A DNA stretch of 64,000 nucleotides, taken from contig OX597835.1 of NCBI GenBank assembly GCA_951406725.2, positions 27,528,001 through 27,592,000 on the forward strand. The letters run 5' to 3'. How positions within the stretch are numbered: position 1 is the stretch's first letter; the number at the start of each line of letters is the position of its first letter. The notes beneath the pieces were generated by a model that worked only from the letters and a program-made list of their open reading frames with translations, did no database searches and had not been told where the DNA came from. Both the position numbers and the translations under genes were made by a program. The stretch comes from Octopus vulgaris. Its lineage: Eukaryota. This document shows, piece after piece, positions 54,196 through 64,000 of the stretch.

Positions 54196-54658
54196 AGACA
54201 TGACAATCTAAAATTATATAAGTAGAAGTTGTTGGAGTAATTTTACTTCAGTAAATAATGAACAGAAATGTGGAATAAAAGTAGGAAAAATAAATGTTAA
54301 CTTATCTGTATGGTAATTTTCTCTCCACAAATTAAACATGGCTACCAGTAATCGTATAATCCAACACTTACTTTTGGCTTCTCCTGATTTATTGTTATTC
54401 ACTTCCCTTACACAGTAATTATAAATAATAGTAAATACATTTTAAGAACTTTTAAATGTTAATAAGTATTATCTCCCCTACACAGTAGCTCTCAACGTTG
54501 GATTATACGATTGCTGACAGCTATGTTTAATTCGTGGAGAGAAAATTACCATACAGATAAATTAAAATTTATTTTTTATTTCACATTTCTGTTCATTATT
54601 TACTAAAGTTAAATTATTCCAACAACTTCTACTTATTTAATTTTAGTTTGCCATGTCT
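54196..54658. mobile_element. foldback or MITE-like element with ~165-bp inverted arms
   Basis: 54196-54366 is the reverse complement of ~54495-54658 (e.g. ttatctgtatggtaattttctctccac / gtggagagaaaattaccatacagataa). Confidence 0.85.
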
Positions 54659-55073
54659 AGTGATGCGCTTAATGCTTCTGGCCATCTCTTTAAGGATCAT
54701 ACATTGGGTACTTCTGGACAACGGAGCAACCCCAGCACTTTCAGATATGGAAGCATGTGTGCTACCAAGGTCTTCTCTTACTTATCTACCTATTTTTCAG
54801 ATGTCATGCTGGGATACACTTCTTCTCGAATCTTTATCTCGAACCTTTATTGGCTATCCCTGAATGAGATTTATAATTTTATTTGTGCTTATATATATAT
54901 ATATAGATATATAAACTCACACACACATATGCACCCATGGAAGAGTACCAAAGGAATGAAGAAGGGGTGTTTCACACATATTGTGGAATATATTGTTTAT
55001 TGGAACTGAATGCTTATATTCCACAACTTAGGTTACATGCCACTACAATCAGCAGGCAAGAACAAATTGTGCG

Positions 55074-55151
<78 letters not shown>

Positions 55152-55673
55152 GAGGTCAATGGCAGTGGTTAGGGCATCGGACTCGCTTTCCATGCTAGCA
55201 TGGGTTGGACAGTTCAACTGGGGTCTGGGAAGCCAGAAGGCTGCACCAGGCCCAGTCTGATCCGGCAATGTTTCTACAGCTGGATGCTCTTCCTAACGCC
55301 AACCACTCCATGAGTGTAGTATATATATATATATAAATATACATATAGACACACACACACACACACACATACATATACATACATATATACACACACATAT
55401 ATACATACACACAACTGTACATTAATACTAATGTGTCTACCTTTTACTAGCATCATGTAAAAAATAAATTAATACAGTAAAAAAAAGGGAACAGTTGGAA
55501 GAATCTGTAGCAGTGATGGTGTTATTGGTAATGGTGACTGGAGAAAGAAATAGGGAACTGAAAGAAAAGGGGAGAGAGAGAGAGAGAAAAGAGGGAGAGG
55601 GTGCAAGAGAGAAAGAAAGTAGTAGTAAAATAAAGAGAGTAAATAAGAAAATTGTAAAGGGCATTGGAGATGG

Positions 55674-55723
<50 letters not shown>

Positions 55724-56911
55724 AAATATGAGAGAATAAGTGTGAAAAGAGGGAGAGAGAGATAAAGGTAGTTTAGTATTAGAGTGTAAGAGGAAGTGAG
55801 AGAGATATATATAGAGAGAAGACTGCAGATTTAAAGAAGTGGGAGTTAAAGAAAACATGCGTAGGAGTGGCTGTGTGGTAAGTAGCTTGTTTACCAACCA
55901 CATGGTTCTGGGTTCAGTCCCACGGCATGGCACCTTGGGCAAGTGTCTTCTACTATAGCCTCAGGCCGACCAAAGCCTTGTGAGTGGATTTGGTAGACGG
56001 AAACTGAAAGATGCCCGTCGTATATATGTATATATATATGTGTGTGTGTGTGTATATGTTTGTGTGTCTGTGTTTGTCCCCCCAACATCACTTGACAACC
56101 GATGCTGGTGTGTTTACATCGCTGCAACTTAGCAGTTCGGCAAAAGAGACCGATAGAATAAGTACTAGGCTTACAAAGAATAAGTCCTGGGGTCGATTTG
56201 CTCGACTAAAGGCGGTGCTCCAGCATGGCCACAGTCAAATGACTGAAACAAGTAAAAGAGTAAAGAGTGAAAAGAGAGTATGCAAGGTGAAGGGCAAAAT
56301 TTGAGATGATGAATATGGTATGGAGATGACAGGAAGGGGACAATATGAAATGGACCAAAGCTTGTGATGTCACTGCCTCTTTAGTTAACCCATTCTCTTC
56401 TTTCCTTTCTCTTTAAAGTATGTTTGAAGTGTATCATTGTAGATAAACTTGAAAGTTTTGATACACAAATGATATGATCTTCAATGTATATACGCACATA
56501 AATTTATGTGAAACCAGCATGTTTGTGTATGTAGATATATTTCATGTTTCTCTATGAATTCCTTCCCATCTTCTTGCTGAAATTTTCATGGGTATTGCTA
56601 ATATAGATATAAATATTAATACATATTTATGTGTGTATATATATATATATATATACACACTAAATAATATGTATAGCTCTATATATGTGTATATATGTAT
56701 CCACATGTATGTGTATATTCATACATGTTTATGTGTATACACGCACCCACACACATCCACACACACATATATAGAATAAATTATGTATGGCCATTTGCAA
56801 GGCATCACATCATTTATAGGATATTTATACAGAAGTGAGAACAAAAATATATAAATATAGCAGGAAAGAAGGAAATTCTGAAGATATAAATTCTTGCTGC
56901 CACAAACATTA

Positions 56912-57049
56912 TCTTCTGATGATGTCCTAAGTCATGCATACTGTACTATCTTATTCACAGTATATTGCACCAAGCAACATTATGTATATATAGGTAAAAT
57001 GAACAGATCAGCTTCTAATGTGCACCTACTCCAGAAACAGCTGTAAAGA
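56912..57049 (+). ncRNA. type-I hammerhead-like motif with a ~110-nt stem-II insert
   Basis: TCTT CTGATGA TG...CA GAAAC AGCT GTA^ AAGA. Stem I is perfect and loop 3 is the perfect palindrome ACAGCTGT, typical of dimerising minimal PLE hammerheads. Only 2 bp of stem II are evident. Confidence 0.5.
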
Positions 57050-57398
57050 ACAACCTATACTTTACTATCCATCAATTACAAGATTTCCCACCAGTGATCC
57101 AATGGATTTTACTTACCTATCCAGGTTGAACCAACACTAAGAACCTCTCAAAACCTCTTCTGTTTCATTGACATCTTATTCACAGTAAATTGCACCATGC
57201 AACATTATGTATATATAGGCAAAATGAACAGATCAGCTTCTAATGTGCACCTACCCCAGAAACAGCTGTAAAGAACTACCTATACTTTACTATCCATCAC
57301 TTGCAAGATTTCCCACCATTGATTCAATGGATTTTACTTACCTATCCAGGTTGAACCAACACTAAGAATCTCTCAAAACCTCTTCTACTTCATTGACA
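56948..57398 (+). repeat. 225-bp tandem duplication containing the 3' half of the hammerhead
   Basis: 56948-57172 is nearly identical to 57173-57397. GAAACAGCTGTAAAGA occurs at 57034 and 57259. Confidence 0.95.
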
Positions 57399-58602
57399 AG
57401 ATTATTGCATGATTTTCATGGATATACATACCTGTCTATGCCAAATCACAATAAACTTTTGCCCTCTAGATTTTCTTGGTTTCCTGACATATAGTTTGGT
57501 TTTCTCTTCTGTATAAATATGATGTAAACTATTTAAAACCTAGCAACTGTCTGTTTCTATTTTATGTTATTCTGTTATATCTACATCAGTTCAACCGCTA
57601 GGCTGCCTATAGACAACACTTATTTCTATGGATCCTGTACACTGCACTTAATGTCAGAGTTTAGGCACTTACTCGGGTCTCGGCACTTATTGGCATGTAC
57701 CTATTATATATGTCTATTGATGTTTTCTTACAACATACATATAATTATATGCATTTATATACACATACACACACACACACGTGTGTGTGTGTGCTGCAAA
57801 GGAAATAATCATGCATTTCCTTTGCGGTAACACACCTGTTTCTGACTTCATTTATCTATCTATATATGTATATATATATATGTTTCTGACTTCATTTATC
57901 TATATATATATGTATACATACATACATACATATATATATAGAGAGAGAGAAACAGGTAGATAGATGAATTAAAGAGATATATGTATATGTATATATATAT
58001 ATATAGATCTCTTTCTCTCTCTCTCTCCAGCCAGGTAACCTTGTACCTCCTCAACATCAAGGCACCTGTTTCTGTCTCTCTGCCTCACTATAATCTTACA
58101 TCATCCGACACAAGATCATCTCCTCCAATGCCACCTCCCCTCTCAAAAGAGTTTTTTTGGGCCTTGCAAGTACTTGGTGACCCTCTCAGTGCAGGTGCCA
58201 CTTAAAAGTACCCAGTACACACTGTAAAGTGGTTGGCATTTGGAAGGGCATCCATCACTAAAAACCTTGCCATGGCCTGTGCTTGTGCCAGGTAAAAAGC
58301 ACTAAGTCCGTTCTGCTGGGTGGTTGGTGTTAGGAAGGGCATCCAGCTGTAAAAATTTTGCCAAATCAGTTACAGAAGTCTGGTGCAGGCTTCTGCCTGG
58401 CTGGCTCTTGTAAAACCATCCCACCGATTCCAGCATGGAAGGTGAACGTTAAACGATGATGATATACACATGCACACACATACACACACATATATATACT
58501 TATATGAATATATTTACTCATCTCTATGTATGTATTTATACTTATGTATACTCATTTCTTTGTGTGTATATATACATACATGTATATATATATATATATG
58601 CA

Positions 58603-58651
<49 letters not shown>

Positions 58652-59314
58652 GTATATATATATGTATATATATATCTATATATGTATATATATATATAAA
58701 CACAGACATATGTATGATACTTTTATTGACCTCAGTTTGATCCTGACTGAACTCCCTCCTCTCTTGGACCCTCATCTCCTGTCCTACTTTATTTTGGGAA
58801 CTTTGGTACCTCTCTCAAACCAATTTATCACCACTCAGCCCAGATTTACCTTTGGAATTTTACACTTCTGAAATTCTACCTTCATGGAGCTTACTGTACA
58901 CTGTTGTTGGTTTATACTATAAATCATTTGCTCGTCTCATTTATCACACGGTAATTGCATTTGTGTCTTCTCTTGAAAGTAGACAGAATCCATGGAAGAC
59001 AACAGAGTTGGCATAAACTACCTCACTATGTACATAGTATTCAGAACAATATATATATATATATACTTATATAAATGGGATGAGTAATATTCAATTTATA
59101 GTGAGATGTAAATGGAACGGTAAAATGAGCCATGTTTTGAGATTTTCTTATGTTTTGCATAGTAGAACTACAGCAAAATTATAAAGAAATAATATAACCT
59201 CTTCTTTTGTATATTAAGTTGTATATCTCCTGCTTGCACCTCCAAATCTTTAATCCTTTAATCACACACATAGATATAAATACATATTATATACAAACAT
59301 ACATACATACGTAC

Positions 59315-59352
<38 letters not shown>

Positions 59353-59674
59353 TGTACATACACACACCATACATATATAGATACACACACACACACGCAT
59401 GAATATTTGCCATCAAACTGATGACAGCAAGTAAGCTGTACTTCAAAGACATTGTGCCATCTTTTTCTTTGTGAAGATAATATATACACGTGGTAAGCTC
59501 CTGATAAGAATTTGAGTGACGCATTAATTTATTGTTCAACTGATTTTACATATGACTTTACGTACACATTCATTGACACACACACATATATATTAAATGA
59601 ATATATAAATTCATGTAAATTGTATGCATATATATTTGTATATGTGAAAATATGTGTATATATATATCTATATG

Positions 59675-59710
<36 letters not shown>

Positions 59711-59732
59711 AACAGGTAGATAGATGGATTAA

Positions 59733-59781
<49 letters not shown>

Positions 59782-60084
59782 TAGATAGATAGATAGATAA
59801 ATAGATAGACAGATAAATAGACAGATAAATAGATAGATACATATATAGATAGATAGACATGAATAAATTCATATATGTATACGTGTATATATATACACAC
59901 ATATATATATGCACATATACATGTATATATACATGTATATATATAGATATATTGATAGATAGATGGATAAATTCATATATGTATACACACATACATACAT
60001 ATATATATATATATATACACACACATACATATATATATATATATATGTACTTGTATATATATATATACATATATGTTATATATA

Positions 60085-60132
<48 letters not shown>

Positions 60133-60162
60133 CACACACACACACATATATATATATATTAT

Positions 60163-60203
<41 letters not shown>

Positions 60204-60375
60204 TTCCTACAAACACATACATAGTTATTTAGTGTAATCATTGATGACTGTATTACAGATGTCTTTGTTTCTAAATGAGTGGAATTACATGTGAGACATG
60301 TTGTGTAATGCGCGAAAAACAACAAACAATATACACATCGCTTCTACGTGATACAAGATACATGATGTTCAAAAC

Positions 60376-60441
<66 letters not shown>

Positions 60442-63400
60442 TGTATATATAATGTGTAAGAAGAAATTATGATGATGATAATAATAATAATAATAACAAG
60501 TCCTGAATAGAGAATGTTTTAGCACTGAATGAAATAGAGTAGAGAAAATCCATGTACACCATGCTCAATAGAACAAACAGACTGAGAATTGAACATATAT
60601 ATCAATGCATTTACCACTAATTATACTGATTTATAATACTAATAATAATCTGAGGAATAAATTCGAATTTAACCTCAGGCATTCATTAAAAAAAAAAACA
60701 ATATTTATACATATATATATATATATTATGTACATATATATATATACCACTACATTATTTAACTAAGTTCATTTCTACAAATGTAAATTAACATTCAAAA
60801 CATACTGAAATGATAATTTTTTTTTTTACTTTACATTTTTTTTTCTTTTTTGCATTACGGATCGTCATTGGCTTTACAAAATATTAATTACACAAAAAAA
60901 TATTAATCACACAATTTTTGATAATTTGGTAAATAATTCATTTTAAGTTTGTGTTATTGTTTCCTTTAAGTTTAAAATTGGTATGAAGGTGCATGTGCTT
61001 ATATATATACATACATATATACATACATATTATATATATATTATATATACATATATATATTACATATACATATATATATTACATATATATATTACATATA
61101 CATATATATTACATATATATATTACATATACATATATATTACATATATTTATATATATATATTACATATACTTATATATATATATATATATTACATATTT
61201 ATATGTATATACATATATATGTATGTATATATTCATATATGAATGTACATATATATGTATATATATATATATGTGTGTGTATGTATGTACGTATGTATGT
61301 ATATGTGCACACATATATGTTTATTTGTTAATAATGAAGTGTCATCTTCAGTGATGTAACAATACATTACATTTATGTAGGATGTGAAAGAAGAAGAAAA
61401 TGAAAAAGAAGCATGTGCTAAGTATCTGACCATTTACATATTTTAATATCTTCATTGTAGCTTTATTACTTCATAGAATAACACTTTGTAACATTCATAT
61501 CATAAGGATATTAATAATCTGTAACTGAACACCTAAATTACAAATATATTTAACCTTTGTTATAGCGATCAAAGATTTACGAGCTAGGGATGTCTTTTAC
61601 CTGGTCACTCTGGGGCACAGCCTTGAAGAATTGACCCCTGCCATACTTTTATTTTTATGCCTGGGTACTTATTCTATTGCCTCCCTTTGCTGAACTGCTA
61701 AGTTACAGGGACGTAAAGAAACCAACATCGGTTATCAAGTGGTGGGTGGAGATAAACACAGAGACACACACATAGATAAATCTATCTACCTACCTACCTA
61801 CCTATCTATCTATCTATCTACCTACCTACCAACCTACCTATCTACCTATCTATCTATCATCATCATCTTCATTATCATCGTTCAACGTCTGCTTTCCATG
61901 CTAGCATGGGTTGGATGATTTGACTGAGGACTGGCAAACCAGATGGCTGCACCAGGCTCCAATCTGATCTGGAAAAGTTTCTACAGCTAGATGCCCTTCC
62001 TAATGCCAACCACTCCGAAAGTGTAGCGGGCGCTTTTACGTGCCATGGGCACGAGGGCCAGTCAGGCAGTACTGGCAATGGCCACGCTCAAATGGTGCTT
62101 TTTATGTGCCACGTGCACAGGAGCCAGTCAAGTGGCACTGGCAATATATATATGTATGTACATGGGCTTCTTTCAGTTTCTGTCTACCAAATCTACTCCC
62201 AAGGTTTTGGCTGATGCAAGGCTAGAGGGGAAGACACTTGCCCAAGGTGACACACAGTGGAACTGAACCAGGGACCATGTGGTTGGTAAGCAAACTTTAT
62301 ACCATGCAACCACACTTGTGCCTATGTTTTTATTCCAAGGGAATTACTAACTACAGTCTTTACCTCTGTTGAGAAAACAACAACAAAAACACGAGTTCGT
62401 GCTTTCATTACTATTTTCGCAGTAAGCTCTAATGCAGCAGACCTTTGATTAAAGGTAATACCTTATATCACCTGCATTGCCTAATACGTCTTTTCCTGGT
62501 TTAAAACAGTAGGGTGTGGTTTGAGAAAATCATACTAGTATTTCTGGCAGGTCAGTCAAAACTCTCTCCTTGGCACATAGTTACTATCTATTTCTCTTCC
62601 TGACCTACTGATATGTATGATGATGATGATGATGATCATGATGATGATGATCATGATGATGATGATCATCATCATTGTCATTATGGTTTTAGCACCAACT
62701 TTTCCATGCCTGCATGAGTTAGATGAAATTCGTCAAGGCAGATTTTCTACAAGTGGATGCTCTCCACATCACTAACCCTCAACTGTTTCCAAGTTAAGTT
62801 AATATTTTTCCCCATTGCCAGACAAGCTTTCATAAAAGATTTGAAACAAAGGACACTACTTGTGTGATGGTGAAACTCATTCAGAAATATTGCTTGGTGT
62901 CAAAAGCAAGGAGACACAAATACCCTCTACCCTACTCTTTTTCCCCCACTATATACGTGTGTTTGTGTGTGTGTGTGATAAATTCCTTTCACTTTCCAGT
63001 TACCAAATCTTCTCAGAAGGCTTTGGTCTGCCTGGGGCTATAATAAAAAACACTTGCCAAAAGTGCTGTGTAGTTGGACTGAACCTGAAACCAGGAGGTT
63101 GGTAAACAAACTTCTTAACTACAGAGCAATGATTTCACTTGAGTTTAAAACTTCCATGCTATTCAGGCTTATAAAGGCTACCCATCGATCATCTATCAAT
63201 AACGGAAACCATATCCTTATAAGAGCCAATTTTTGTATCTCTTTGCTTACAACATACAATTTTTTAGTTACATTCAATAATTGAGCTGCAACTGAAAGTC
63301 ATGCTAAATTAAAACCTAACTGGTTAGATACAGAAATTATATTAAACTATATTTAACTATTACAAAATAAAAATAAATAAATAAATAAAAACTTACAAAC

Positions 63401-64000
63401 AAATAATTTGCTAATATTTCATATTTCCAAAACCCATCCCATGTGAGTTAACATTGAAATTGAATATAAAATGTGAAAAACTAAAATTAAATTAAATAAA
63501 TTGATGGAATTTTCAAATTATGCTGATATTTCAACATCCAGAAGGAGTGATATTACTTCAAATTCTGTTTCTAAATCATATATTTTAATAGTTTGCAAAT
63601 GTGAGTAACAAGTTCATTTTCCAAGTGTGGGTAACAAATTTATTTTGCAAGTGTGTGTAACAAGTTTATTATCACCAGCTGTAATATTGTACCAGGGAAT
63701 GCAACATGGGTAACTTTTGAATCAAAGAGGCTATCCTAATTAATAAGCTTAAACCAGCTTTAAACAACAGACAAGTATTACATGAAACAAACTGGCTACT
63801 ATAACACCAGTCTGCATGTGTTAGTACCATTTTCTATCAGGTCATCCCATAAGTTCTGTCCGATTTTACCTTTTTTAAAATTGAATGAAATTTAATAGTA
63901 TTTTAGAATGTCTAATAGAATTAAAAAATATTTTTATTCATTTGTCTACATTTAAACTAATTAAATATTATTTTACAGAATAATAGAATTAAAATTTCTT

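Noticed and set aside
59418-59445. CTGATGA CAGC-aagtaa-GCTG hairpin
   Set aside because: Not followed by GAAA; incomplete motif.

Overview
Repeat-saturated, AT-rich animal genomic DNA; the SINE and microsatellite landscape points to an octopus or other coleoid cephalopod (inference). The window lies inside one large minus-strand gene, unc-13/Munc13 (synaptic vesicle priming factor). Four GT-AG exons with matching phases (32467-32390, 30809-30590, 22013-21893, 18456-18350) splice into TMVASKRNAG...NDEEL / the C1 domain / [10 protein letters not shown]... / ...[13 protein letters not shown], the start of C2B. Upstream are a 9-nt microexon (VMK, 43758-43766), a candidate 24-nt microexon and candidate alternative N-terminal exons. 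The introns hold several tRNA-derived SINE families, RTE LINE, Tc1 and mariner relics, MITEs and large microsatellites. The least expected signal is at least seven type-I hammerhead-ribozyme-like motifs from about six unrelated, probably Penelope-like, families. Some have non-canonical cores and two sit back-to-back with tRNA-like sequences. Several long foldbacks could be ADAR substrates. Almost all ORFs in the supplied track are microsatellite or repeat artefacts.
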